IMG/VR virus record: IMGVR_UViG_3300025889_000128
Span: 1-59,501 of that record
Origin: a virus
Taxonomy: Duplodnaviria; Caudoviricetes
DNA length: 59,501 nt
Strand: one strand, 5' to 3'
This document shows positions 19,744 to 29,604 of this stretch, piece by piece (position 1 is the stretch's first letter; every line of letters starts with the position of its first letter). A program made the translations under genes and the position numbers. Under the pieces are notes generated by a model. The model worked only from the letters and a program-made list of their open reading frames with translations. It was not told the origin of the DNA and did no database searches.

Positions 19744-19988
19744 TCAATACATGTTTTGCCCTTATCTATTTCTTTTTGACCTAGATATTTGCCACACTTA
19801 TCACACTTTACATATACAGGGTTTTCTTTCGTGCTATTCTCGCGTACAATTTCTACTGCTCTTAGATACTTTTTTAGAGAATTTTCATCTCTATCATCAA
19901 AGTCGTTTGGTTTGGAAACTGACATTGGACTCCATATTTTTTCTTCAATATGTATAATTTTTTTGATTAATTTCTCTCTATCATTCAT
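19719..19988 (-). CDS. Hypothetical protein with C-terminal CxxC-CxxC
   Basis: CDKCG...CIEC; ATGA overlap with the VWA gene. Confidence 0.7.
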   Translation of the reverse strand: MNDREKLIKKIIHIEEKIWSPMSVSKPNDFDDRDENSLKKYLRAVEIVRENSTKENPVYVKCDKCGKYLGQKEIDKGKTCIECLGENWF

Positions 19989-21670
19989 TTCATTGACCTT
20001 ATAATCATCTGTTTGAAGTCTTTAATAACTCTTTCTGTAACACCTGTAAAGTTGGATACTTGTATGAATCTTTTCTTTCCAAATATTTCTTCCATAGTTT
20101 GTCTTGGAGTAGTATTATCTCTACTGTTCTTTAACAATATACATGTGATGTTATTTGTTTTTCTTCTTGCCTTTTGTAATGACTTCTTACACATTCTTAT
20201 CATCTGTGCATCACCTAGCATATACTTTCTACTTCGATATTCTGGTCTACCATCAGTAATCATTATCAAAAGTTTTCTATGTCCTTTCATCTTGTCTAAT
20301 TGTAATGCAGAATATTCAAGTGCTAAATGTGTAGGTGTAAGACCATATCCATTATACATATTTATCATATTTGTATCCTTGATATTTCTTATATCTGTAA
20401 TTCCAACATCACCCATAGCATTTGACGACCATACATTTACTTGTATATCAATACCTCTTACATTCTCAACTGACTTCATCATTGTATAAGCCAAGTTTCT
20501 TGCCTTAGTCATATTATCATCATAATACATTGAACCAGATCCATCAATAGATAGAACAACTGATACACCATTATCTGTTCTTTGTTTGTTCATAACTTTC
20601 GTTACGTCCTTACCTGTTATCTTGTTTTCAATGTATGATTCAATATTAACATCTTCACCATCATAGTCAATACTATCCGTCTTTGCTTCTTGTAAAGTTC
20701 TAAGGAATTTTTTTATATTTTTTCCTAATCTTTCATCATATTCAGGCTTTACTGTCGGTCTAAGGATTAGTTTATACTTTCTATTTAATTGAGGTTGTTG
20801 TGTGTTTGTCTTATCTGCGATAATAATAGATATTTGTTCCATGTCTTCTTCAAATTCTACTTTATCATCAGCAACTAATTTTTCTAATGTTTCAATATCA
20901 GTTTTTCCATCATTAGTTTTTTCCTGTGCAGTATCCTCAAAAATCATTTCATAAGTTAACACCTTACCATCTTTACTTATCTGTGGTCTTGTTGTTTCCT
21001 TACTATAATCTTGAAAGGTTGATCTGTTAGGTTGTTCTATGTTTGGCATGTATGCATGTCTTGTTGTGTAATCATCATACCATTCATCAAGTAATGGTTT
21101 TATCTTACAAAGTAATTTATATGCACCCATTCTACCTGTTCCCTCAACCACTTTCAATACATTCTGAAATGTTTCTTTTCTTTTACTAGTAACTAACTCA
21201 TCTCTGTAAAATCTTATTGCTAGTAATTCAGAAACAGGATCACCGTTAGAACAATCTGTCATATCAGTACCCAATTTTTTTCTAGTCTTCAGAAATCTAT
21301 CTTTGTTGGCTTTCCATAGATTCATTATAAAGTATTCAATTCGTTGATCTTCTATGATATTAAATGCATACCAATACATATTGAATCTATCTTTACTACC
21401 TTTAGACCATTGAGTTAATCTTCCCTTTGCTTCTAATATAGGTGACTTGCCTAACAAATGTCCACACTCATGTGACAATGCTGTTATTCTTTGTATGTGT
21501 TTTCTAGCAGGGCTAGATATGTTCATTCTATATTTGGTCTCACGCCATTGAACATAGTTTTCATCATTGAAGTTTGTGAGTTCGATTTTTTTTCCTATTA
21601 TATGCTCTACAATATCGGTTACTTGTCTAAAGTATTCGTTATCAGAGAGTATATCTCTGTCTCTTGCCAT
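19985..21670 (-). CDS. CobT/NorD-like protein: HExxH domain plus C-terminal VWA
   Basis: HECGH and FNIIEDQRIE at the N-terminus; MIDAS DGSGS, GLTP and ITDGRP. Confidence 0.85.
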   Translation of the reverse strand: MARDRDILSDNEYFRQVTDIVEHIIGKKIELTNFNDENYVQWRETKYRMNISSPARKHIQRITALSHECGHLLGKSPILEAKGRLTQWSKGSKDRFNMYWYAFNIIEDQRIEYFIMNLWKANKDRFLKTRKKLGTDMTDCSNGDPVSELLAIRFYRDELVTSKRKETFQNVLKVVEGTGRMGAYKLLCKIKPLLDEWYDDYTTRHAYMPNIEQPNRSTFQDYSKETTRPQISKDGKVLTYEMIFEDTAQEKTNDGKTDIETLEKLVADDKVEFEEDMEQISIIIADKTNTQQPQLNRKYKLILRPTVKPEYDERLGKNIKKFLRTLQEAKTDSIDYDGEDVNIESYIENKITGKDVTKVMNKQRTDNGVSVVLSIDGSGSMYYDDNMTKARNLAYTMMKSVENVRGIDIQVNVWSSNAMGDVGITDIRNIKDTNMINMYNGYGLTPTHLALEYSALQLDKMKGHRKLLIMITDGRPEYRSRKYMLGDAQMIRMCKKSLQKARRKTNNITCILLKNSRDNTTPRQTMEEIFGKKRFIQVSNFTGVTERVIKDFKQMIIRSMK

Positions 21671-22569
21671 TATACAGTTACACCAAATATCTCATGGATT
21701 CTGGTCTTAATAAGTTCTCGCTCTTCTATCTCTGAAAACTTTGTTACAATGACTTGTTTCAAAGTATTCTTCAATGAACTTATGTCACTTAAATGATTAG
21801 ATAACAATCTGTAATAATCACAGAATTGATCTATGTCTCTAGGTGATAAGACATAATCCACATCACCTTTCATTCTTAGTGCATGTATTTCAGTAGCCAA
21901 TGTAAGAAGTTCTTTCTTGGTATCATCTGGAATATCTGTCCAATTAGTGATTCTTTCTAAATCACTTTCTTTTGGATATTCAATGATGTCACCAATCATT
22001 CTACTTCTCAAGTCTTCTGTCAATGAGTTAACACCTGCGTATGTTACAGGGTTCATAGTTCCCACTATGATTAACCTACAACCTTGATTTAGTTTGTATG
22101 TTTTTCCATTTGCAATAACAGAACGTCTCTTATCGAATGGTCTATTGAATAGTTTCATTACTTCATGTTGAGTAGAGTTTAACTCATCAAGATATAGACA
22201 ACATGTTTTGTAGTGATTTGCAACTTCATAGGCTATTGGTAATACACCTAACTCAAAGAATGAACCACTCTCGTTAATCTGTATCCTACCAAGTAAGTCA
22301 TTTCTAGTAGTATTCATACTACATGAAAACTCTACTAATGGAATACCTAATTGTCTACATACAGTATGTACCATCAAAGTTTTACCTGTTCCTTTGTCAC
22401 CCTCTAACAAGTATGGAGTGTTACCAAATTTCATGTTAAGTTCTAGTAACATCATCTCGTCTTTGATAGGAATATATGTACCCCAATCATCTTGTATGGC
22501 AGGATTATACTGTTCCATATCAACATAGGCAGTTGGAATTTTAATTATGTTACTTTCTTTCTTGGTCAT
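21670..22569 (-). CDS. MoxR/CobS/CbbQ-like AAA+ ATPase
   Basis: GDKGTGKT, LYLDELN, GTMNP..YAG, DLRSR, SPR. Confidence 0.9.
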   Translation of the reverse strand: MTKKESNIIKIPTAYVDMEQYNPAIQDDWGTYIPIKDEMMLLELNMKFGNTPYLLEGDKGTGKTLMVHTVCRQLGIPLVEFSCSMNTTRNDLLGRIQINESGSFFELGVLPIAYEVANHYKTCCLYLDELNSTQHEVMKLFNRPFDKRRSVIANGKTYKLNQGCRLIIVGTMNPVTYAGVNSLTEDLRSRMIGDIIEYPKESDLERITNWTDIPDDTKKELLTLATEIHALRMKGDVDYVLSPRDIDQFCDYYRLLSNHLSDISSLKNTLKQVIVTKFSEIEERELIKTRIHEIFGVTV

Positions 22570-22737
22570 AGGTTTCTCTCCTCGAAATGTCTTTTGTGTT
22601 TTTCACATACATGTACGTTATGTTCTTGCAAACCTTTACTTACTACGTCAATCACACATTTAAACGTTGATACTGCTTCATTGGTACATTGGTCATTTTG
22701 TCCTAACATTATATTGCATCTTTTTATTTTGTCCACT

Positions 22738-22887
22738 CTAATCACACTCCCATTTTACTATGCCTTGTGTGGTATTTCTTTTCTGTTGTCTTGCTGTGCT
22801 GTGCCATTCCTCATGTCTTTTCTTAGATATGAGAATCAATGCATCACCCTCATTAAAGATCATTCCACATAGATTACATTTAACCAA
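22738..22887 (-). CDS. C2H2-like zinc-finger microprotein
   Basis: CNLC-x17-HEEWH. A TTG start at 22887 overlaps the upstream stop and matches the paralogue at 30140. Confidence 0.6.
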   Translation of the reverse strand: MVKCNLCGMIFNEGDALILISKKRHEEWHSTARQQKRNTTQGIVKWECD

Positions 22888-23041
22888 GTTGATTATCTCT
22901 CCATTCATCATAGGCTTGATCTTCATCTGGATAACAACACTCACATACTACTGTCTTTATACCATCAGAAGAGTATCTCCATTGTATATCGTAAGTGCCT
23001 TCACCATCACAGATAGGACAATCGGGGATTGGTTTAGTCAT
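22880..23041 (-). CDS. 53-aa zinc-finger microprotein (not in ORF track)
   Basis: MTKPIPDCPICDGEG...CECC. Confidence 0.65.
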   Translation of the reverse strand: MTKPIPDCPICDGEGTYDIQWRYSSDGIKTVVCECCYPDEDQAYDEWRDNQLG

Positions 23042-23324
23042 AGCTTTCCCACAACTCCTTTGCTATTCTAGGATGAGCTTTTGCGAACCATCTCTTATAC
23101 TCTCCGTCATTATCTTCAGATTCGTCAGGGTGATCATACCAATAAAGTTCTAATCTAGGTCTTAAATGAAATAACTCATAGTCATTCCACTTTGGATCAT
23201 CTCCCCATTCAACCTCACAAGTATGACACAATTTATATCCACTATAATTTAGTGAACCGTCTTTGTTTAAGTATTGTTTATGTATTTTTTCCCAATACTT
23301 TATTGCTTCTACTTCTTTATCCAT
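23034..23324 (-). CDS. Hypothetical protein
   Basis: 96-aa ORF coupled to neighbours. Confidence 0.7.
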   Translation of the reverse strand: MDKEVEAIKYWEKIHKQYLNKDGSLNYSGYKLCHTCEVEWGDDPKWNDYELFHLRPRLELYWYDHPDESEDNDGEYKRWFAKAHPRIAKELWESYD

Positions 23325-23449
23325 TATAATCCTAGCTCCTTTAATTGTTTATCAATGATTGGCTTCTCATCATCAGGTAATGAATCCCAATACTCCATAA
23401 GTATATCATAGGCTTGTTTGTATCGAGCTTCAGATTTTTCTTTACTCAT
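23324..23449 (-). CDS. 41-aa hypothetical protein (not in ORF track)
   Basis: MSKEKSEARYKQAYDILMEYWDSLPDDEK...; TAATG overlaps on both sides. Confidence 0.7.
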   Translation of the reverse strand: MSKEKSEARYKQAYDILMEYWDSLPDDEKPIIDKQLKELGL

Positions 23450-23667
23450 TAGACATACACCTCTAATACTGTGGTAGCACCACATGCTTTGGATTCCCCT
23501 ACGGAATTATTGAATGACATCTTTATGTCACAATCAACAAACTCAAACTTATCAGTAGAGTATGTTATACCATGTAACAAGTCTTGAACCATTAATGGCT
23601 TACCTGTTTTCTTCAATGTCTTCTTATACCATAGACGGTATCTTAATCTTTTTTCCATTACCATCAA
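23449..23667 (-). CDS. Hypothetical protein
   Basis: 72-aa ORF coupled to neighbours. Confidence 0.65.
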   Translation of the reverse strand: MMVMEKRLRYRLWYKKTLKKTGKPLMVQDLLHGITYSTDKFEFVDCDIKMSFNNSVGESKACGATTVLEVYV

Positions 23668-23816
23668 TACATTTCACTCCATCTATAATCTTCATACTCT
23701 TTATCACGAATTGTTTCGTGCTCGTATGAATAATCATTTGCGTAATCATCTAACCAATCTTTAAAAAATCTGGTTATGAAATGATTCCAAATCAAACCCA
23801 TGACTAAACGTTTCAT
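23664..23816 (-). CDS. 50-aa hypothetical protein (not in ORF track)
   Basis: ATG lies 21 nt downstream of promoter copy 23838-23862. Confidence 0.7.
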   Translation of the reverse strand: MKRLVMGLIWNHFITRFFKDWLDDYANDYSYEHETIRDKEYEDYRWSEMY

Positions 23817-23860
23817 AATTGTAATACGTTGAACTTGTATATAAGTCGATCTTTGATTAA

Positions 23861-23906
23861 TTCAGATTAATTCCGTAAGTTTCAGATTTAATCTGTAAGT
23901 TTCAGA
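23861..23906. repeat. 2.3 tandem copies of a 20-bp unit
   Basis: ttcagattaattccgtaagt / ttcagatttaatctgtaagt / ttcaga. Confidence 0.8.
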
Positions 23907-23916
23907 AAAGAAAATA

Positions 23917-24099
23917 AATACAGTAGGTAGGCGTGCCTGTTCTTCAATGAGCCACAAGCCCATTCTGAAAACGCCTCGTTCGTAAGTTATGTATCTCTGT
24001 CTTTTTTTTTTTGAACTTGAGCATGTAGTAATCGTACATGAATTACCTCAAGTCCTCTCTCGTCAATTCGAGCACATTGAGATCCTACTGTATTACAGT
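23917..24099 (-). ncRNA. Putative structured non-coding RNA (~180 nt)
   Basis: TATA tttaaata at 24128-24121 with no ATG at the usual spacing; 11-bp closing stem; four internal helices, two with G-U pairs that form only on the minus strand; U-rich tract at the 3' end. Confidence 0.65.
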
Positions 24100-24255
24100 A
24101 ATACTATTACTCTCTTATAGTATTTAAAGGTATATTTGATTTTTTTATTTTATTTTTTTTATTTTTTTTACTCGCGTACAAGTTACATTATGTCGTGTAC
24201 GACTCCATAACCGAACTGTTTATATACCCTTACATTCACAGGGCTCACAAAAAAA

Positions 24256-24732
24256 TTACTTGAACCAATCGGGTGCTGACCGATTAGTCCATTTGGCAAA
24301 GCCATGTTTCTCATGGATATAGTATTGTCTATAAGCCTCATGTGGATCATCACACTTATACTTATCAGGCATAGCCATAACAAACTTTGTCATTGGTGTA
24401 AGTGGAATGTTAGGATAAGGTAATGATGCAATAATATCCCATGACTTATGATTGACTTGTCTATTGTATCTAAACTTATACTCTTCATTCAATGCACTAG
24501 CATGTCTAACTAACCATAAATAATTAGACATGGACATGCCTGTCCATAGTGTGCATGGGTGATTAGCATGTGTCATTTTATAGGGTATGTCATACTTGAC
24601 ATTTCTATTAGGATATTTGTGATGGACGGTACAAATAATTTGTGCTGACTCTAGTATCATTTTGACAACATGCTTGTCACACATTTGTAAAGCCGAACCT
24701 TTTGGGCTTGGTGATAATGCGAATATGTTCAT
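24256..24732 (-). CDS. Pyrimidine-dimer DNA glycosylase/endonuclease V-related protein
   Basis: MNIF.L...DKHVVKMILESAQ...TH.NHPC..W...NY.WL...EY..RY...HKS...AMPD...AYR.YY. Start set at MNIF. Confidence 0.75.
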   Translation of the reverse strand: MNIFALSPSPKGSALQMCDKHVVKMILESAQIICTVHHKYPNRNVKYDIPYKMTHANHPCTLWTGMSMSNYLWLVRHASALNEEYKFRYNRQVNHKSWDIIASLPYPNIPLTPMTKFVMAMPDKYKCDDPHEAYRQYYIHEKHGFAKWTNRSAPDWFK

Positions 24733-24752
24733 AACAATAAAACACACTCGCA

Positions 24753-25073
24753 CTATTTAAGACTTGCTTTGATTGATTTGAGTGTCTCTCTCAATTCAAT
24801 GTAGTCGGCTATCCATGATAGAGAACGTCCATTCTCTACCATGAGCCATATCATACGAGACAGTTTTCTGTTATTAATCCCACAAGTTAATAACAACTTT
24901 CTCATACTAAGTCTAGTAAAACTAGACGGTAAAGAATGGACAGCGTAAGGGCTTGTATATCCTACTACTTCAGCAAGTGCTAGATAAGGACATTGATAAG
25001 AATATACTTTCTTATCTGCATCTCTCAATGCTTGTATAATATATTCTGTATCACTCATCTTGCAATACCTCAA
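24753..25073 (-). CDS. Hypothetical protein
   Basis: In the leftward operon; start may be MSDTEY. Confidence 0.6.
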   Translation of the reverse strand: MRYCKMSDTEYIIQALRDADKKVYSYQCPYLALAEVVGYTSPYAVHSLPSSFTRLSMRKLLLTCGINNRKLSRMIWLMVENGRSLSWIADYIELRETLKSIKASLK

Positions 25074-25338
25074 GTAACTCTTTCATGTGTCGGCATGTGT
25101 TTCTGTATCTATATCCAATACAATCACATACCCATACATTGTTATCCTTTGAGAGTATGTGTGAAGAGTTTGGATCACTCTTCGAATCACATTGGTATAT
25201 CATAGTATCAATTTGTTTTATCATCTTGATCTATTCCTCGTTATGTTCATACAGTTATCTATACCGTTTAACTCACATTCACTACACTTAACTGTTTGTT
25301 TAAAGTAGTGCTCGAAAGGTTTTCGGCATGTTCTACAT

Positions 25339-25683
25339 TTACTTATCAAGTCTATCACCTCGCTTGTTTCGTCTCGCTCTTCTCTCTCTATCTTGTTGCA
25401 TCTCAATATCTGTAACTGCAAAGTAGATTAGATTACTATACTCTAGTATTGCTTTCTTGTCTCTCATGTGATATTCTCGTATAAGTAACAATGGTATATC
25501 GTCCCATCTTATCTTACCTTTACGTCTATCAGATAAGTCTTCAAGCATCTCACCAAAAGTTTGAGTGAAAAAGATAGCATCATCTTTTTCATACTCAACT
25601 TTCTTTAGTATGTTATACGAAATCAATTCCTCAATCAAGATAATAGTTTTCTTATCATCTTTATTATTCAATCGTTTCGTCAT
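25339..25683 (-). CDS. Hypothetical protein
   Basis: ATGA overlap with the GATase gene. Confidence 0.7.
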   Translation of the reverse strand: MTKRLNNKDDKKTIILIEELISYNILKKVEYEKDDAIFFTQTFGEMLEDLSDRRKGKIRWDDIPLLLIREYHMRDKKAILEYSNLIYFAVTDIEMQQDRERRARRNKRGDRLDK

Positions 25684-26465
25684 ACGTTACCACCTTTGAG
25701 AGTGTCCCATAGATAACCATAGTCATCATAGTCCAGATCGGGATTTGTTTTCATGTCCTTATCATCAAACTCATCATCACTATCAATATCCCATTCATCT
25801 GTCCAGAAGTTATAGGCTTGCTTGGATTTCTTTTTCTTATTCTTTTTATCTTTCTTTTTACTGAAAGAAAAAGAATAAGGGCTTGGCATTTCTTTTTCTA
25901 TCTTTGGTACAAAGTAGTTGTTACTACATGTGTGACCATCAACGGTTACCCAACCGTCACCAAACTTATGAATACCTTTGGCATCTAATACAGTTATCTT
26001 ATTACCTTTGATAAGGTTTAAGATATTGTAACCGTATCTGTTAGCTAGCACTGCCATCGCTCTACTATCTGACCATGATGCACCATCTGGTACTGCAAGC
26101 TCACCAGATATAACACCATTCATTAGATGCTCATTCCATTCTGACCATGTACCATTATGGAATAACACTGCATCTGCATCACCAGATAATGCTAAGCCAC
26201 TGTTATCCTCGATAGGGAATGGGTGACATAGTTCTGGTTTGACAGAGCCAACTGATGCAATACGAAAGTGGATTATAGCAGGTAACTTAATCACACCTGT
26301 CTCAATCATGGTAATGATCTCTTCAGCATCTAGGTTTTTTCTGTAAGATACAGAACCAAACTCGTTAATCCATGCGACACCTGCACCATGAGAGTTAAGA
26401 GCTTCAGCACTTCTAAGAGTATCTGGTTTTGGGAATGAGTCTTCAGCTAGTATGATAACGCACAT
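25680..26465 (-). CDS. Class II (Ntn) glutamine amidotransferase
   Basis: N-terminal MC, NSHGAG, HFRIASVG, CHPF, FHNG, SDSR. Confidence 0.9.
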   Translation of the reverse strand: MCVIILAEDSFPKPDTLRSAEALNSHGAGVAWINEFGSVSYRKNLDAEEIITMIETGVIKLPAIIHFRIASVGSVKPELCHPFPIEDNSGLALSGDADAVLFHNGTWSEWNEHLMNGVISGELAVPDGASWSDSRAMAVLANRYGYNILNLIKGNKITVLDAKGIHKFGDGWVTVDGHTCSNNYFVPKIEKEMPSPYSFSFSKKKDKKNKKKKSKQAYNFWTDEWDIDSDDEFDDKDMKTNPDLDYDDYGYLWDTLKGGNV

Positions 26466-27673
26466 TATACTAACACCTCACTTACATATACAGGCTCTTC
26501 AATGTTATCTGCAAGGTATGAGTTAACAATGTCAATGAACTCAATGATAGCACTTTTTGCTATACGAGGCTCGTTGAATGTTGGTAAGAGTCTTGACTCT
26601 AATGTACCATGCATTGAATAGCAGTAGTTCAAGAATGAGTATCTTGATTGCTCTCTATATCTTGCTTTGTATTGTCTCAATGGATTGAATCGCTTCTTAG
26701 CATAGTAGCAATTACCATCTAGTCTATTCCAGAATCGTGAGCCCTCATTGATATTGTTACGCATACCCCATTCGTTATAACGTTTGAGATAATAGTTCCA
26801 GAACTTTTTGCTCATCAATTTACCATAAGACAAGTGGTTACCATTAGTGGAAATATGCACATGTATTCCACAACTTGAATCCATCTTATCTGGGTAATTA
26901 TTATCAACCCATCTCTCTAATGCTTCTTGATTAACAGGCTCGCTGTGTATCTCACCCTTAGCTGGACGACAACCACAATCATCATCACTATCATGTGGAC
27001 ATTGAGGAGTTACACTTAATGATACTGATCCATCATTGTATATACCATTTGGTGGTATTAACCAACCACCCTCAATCTCAACACCAGCTAATCCTACACC
27101 ATCAAGTTGTTTAACTATCATACCATCTGACATAATGATACAACCGTTATACTTTTGCTTGAGTTTCTTTAGTTTCTTTAACTGTTTTGCTATTTGGGAA
27201 TTGTATCTTAAATGTGATTCATTGTCAATACCATATAATGCTAGACCATAAGCCCTAGATATATCAATTAATGCACTAACAGTAGCATCAATTAGATCCT
27301 TTCTAATGGTTTGGTATTTCATTTCAGGTATTACACAATCATATATAGTCTTAGCAGTTGGGTGTGTGCTAAACATATATGGGATTGATACTTTGCCCGA
27401 TACACCATTAACATATACATCACCTTTTATAGAAACACTCTCATCTGATATGCTTGTTAACATATATGAGGAACTGAATCTCATACTATGAGATATATCA
27501 GATAAGCGTGATGCATTTGAAGAGATACATTTCAAGGCATTAGATAAGAATGTGGATTTTCTTGTTACTTCTAATCCTTTGGCAGTACGCTCAATGGTAA
27601 TACTAAAGTCCATTTCTGGAATTTCAGCGTTACACATTTGGGTAGCCATTTGTAATTGAACTGAATCGCTCAT
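26465..27673 (-). CDS. Putative amidoligase (COOH-NH2 ligase type 2, GS/GCS fold)
   Basis: GVEIEG, DGSV, EIHSEP, SCGIHVHIS, RYSFLN, TLESRL. Confidence 0.85.
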   Translation of the reverse strand: MSDSVQLQMATQMCNAEIPEMDFSITIERTAKGLEVTRKSTFLSNALKCISSNASRLSDISHSMRFSSSYMLTSISDESVSIKGDVYVNGVSGKVSIPYMFSTHPTAKTIYDCVIPEMKYQTIRKDLIDATVSALIDISRAYGLALYGIDNESHLRYNSQIAKQLKKLKKLKQKYNGCIIMSDGMIVKQLDGVGLAGVEIEGGWLIPPNGIYNDGSVSLSVTPQCPHDSDDDCGCRPAKGEIHSEPVNQEALERWVDNNYPDKMDSSCGIHVHISTNGNHLSYGKLMSKKFWNYYLKRYNEWGMRNNINEGSRFWNRLDGNCYYAKKRFNPLRQYKARYREQSRYSFLNYCYSMHGTLESRLLPTFNEPRIAKSAIIEFIDIVNSYLADNIEEPVYVSEVLV

Positions 27674-28082
27674 ACAATCAAAACGCTTTCATCATATATA
27701 AGTCGATCTTTGATTAATTTCAATTCGGATTTTGTCAAAGTCAACAATAATCGAGCCCTGAACCAATAGGGATTAATAAACAGTTCTACCATAGGCAATA
27801 ACAACATTAAATGTCATATAACGTAACGATTTGATTCGACAAAATACACGCCATACATGGCGAGCATGGATATAAAAACAGTTCGGTCACGTCCGTAACT
27901 ACAAATTTTTTTTTTTTTAATTTTAAAACATATAACACTCACGCCTAATCACTCGCGTACAACTCAGCGAGCGAACTCTTTATATATCCCTACCAACGAT
28001 AGAACTCTTTATATATCCTTACTCGCAATAGAACTCTTTATATATCCTTACATGGGCGTGGTCATTAAAAAAATAGTGGGTG

Positions 28083-28316
28083 CTACCACTCTGTATCGCA
28101 CTCTGGTTCAGAGCATGCTACTAGTTCACAATAGTAGTTACCATTCTTTTGTTGATAGTAACCACCTTTAAGTGTCCCATCATACTTATCACCATCTTGT
28201 TTTAACAACTTGATAACTTCAGAAAGTCCACCTAGTGCATCTTTCTTGTTACCATACATACTGTTGTTATCGGGAATACACCCACAGAGTCCATTAATCA
28301 CGTGGTAATGAAACAT
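28083..28316 (-). CDS. Cassette gene, hypothetical
   Basis: Own motif-A promoter and downstream T-tract. Confidence 0.8.
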   Translation of the reverse strand: MFHYHVINGLCGCIPDNNSMYGNKKDALGGLSEVIKLLKQDGDKYDGTLKGGYYQQKNGNYYCELVACSEPECDTEW

Positions 28317-28435
28317 AATACTAATACATCGTAATCATATATAAACATAGATTTGATTGTTATATAACCATGTAATGTAGGGATATATAAACAGTTTGTT
28401 TACCTGTAATAAAAAAAGTGGGATTGATAGGCTCA

Positions 28436-28672
28436 CTATAATTCTAAGTGTGCTACTTTATCAATTTCCCCTTGGAGATATACTTCATTGACACTTTTAA
28501 TGTCAATGCCTGTAACACCTTTAAAGTTCAATTTCTTGATGCCTAAAGGTATTTGTTTGTTACCTGCATTACTGACATCAGATGGTAATAGTCTAGCCAA
28601 TTTGACTAATGCAACTATTACGTCTCTTTGACATTTGGTCAATTCTGCTTGGTATGCTTTTACATCAAACAT
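28436..28672 (-). CDS. Cassette gene, hypothetical
   Basis: Own motif-A promoter and T-tract. Confidence 0.8.
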   Translation of the reverse strand: MFDVKAYQAELTKCQRDVIVALVKLARLLPSDVSNAGNKQIPLGIKKLNFKGVTGIDIKSVNEVYLQGEIDKVAHLEL

Positions 28673-28857
28673 ATTATACTATGTGTCGTTATGATATATA
28701 AACATGTATTTGATTAATTTTTTTATTTTTTTTAACCACGCCTTTACTATACTATATTACTCGCGTACATGTCCGTACAACCAAACTCTTTATATAGCCT
28801 TACTAAAATCGAACTGTTTATATACCCTTACTTTTGCCTGCCATAATAAAAAAAAGG

Positions 28858-29055
28858 CTAGATGAGCCCGTAGTAGTGTTTAACACGATTAACCATCTTG
28901 CTACTTGTTCGGCTCGGTTTGTATTCACTAAGTATTTTCTTAGTGGCTAATTCAATTTCAATAATCTTAGTGCCATAATGAAAACAAGTTACTATACCCT
29001 CATTTTCAATGACAGCAGATTCCTTGACTAATTGAATGTCTCGAATCATGTTCAT
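28858..29055 (-). CDS. Cassette gene, hypothetical
   Basis: Promoter spacing of 21 nt places the start at 29055, not 29064. Confidence 0.8.
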   Translation of the reverse strand: MNMIRDIQLVKESAVIENEGIVTCFHYGTKIIEIELATKKILSEYKPSRTSSKMVNRVKHYYGLI

Positions 29056-29210
29056 ATTATACATAATACGTTATCATATATAAGATTAGATTTGATTAAT
29101 TCTCTATACTATACCACACAAAACCCACAAACAAAAACCCCCCTCGCTCGCGTACAACAGGAATGAGTAGGGATATATAAACAGTTTGTTTCAGGCAAAT
29201 AAAAAAAAGG

Positions 29211-29429
29211 TTACTGTGATAATGCTCTAAGAAGTCTTTGGCTTCTCAAGTGTGCATTATCTTTGTTTCTGGTCAAGTCAGCCATGAGTTTATCTTGTTC
29301 TGCATCGACATCAAGAACTAAAACCTCACATGAGCCGTTAAGCCAGTGCAAGGTTAGGTTGTCGAAGACAGAATAAGTTAAAGTCTCAAAGACGACTTCT
29401 CCACATTCTGGACATGTTAGACCAATCAT
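29211..29429 (-). CDS. Cassette gene with CPECG motif
   Basis: Own motif-A promoter and T-tract. Confidence 0.8.
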   Translation of the reverse strand: MIGLTCPECGEVVFETLTYSVFDNLTLHWLNGSCEVLVLDVDAEQDKLMADLTRNKDNAHLRSQRLLRALSQ

Positions 29430-29604
29430 TAACTATCTTATGTTGTTATAATATATAAAGTGAGATTTGATTAATTTGATTAGTATACTATACCATAAGA
29501 AACCAATTAAAGCCCATGGAATTAGTAAGGATATATAAACAGTTTGGTAAGGGCAGAACTCTTTAAATATCCCTACAATACCTGTTTCTAATAAAAAAAA
29601 AGTC

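Noticed and set aside
19985-22569. Cobalamin biosynthesis genes cobS/cobT
   Set aside because: Generic MoxR-type AAA+/VWA pair common in viruses; no cobN or other cob genes.
27973-28051. CRISPR mini-array (three 21-bp repeats)
   Set aside because: Spacers are only 8 bp, the repeat also occurs singly and inverted, and there is no cas operon.
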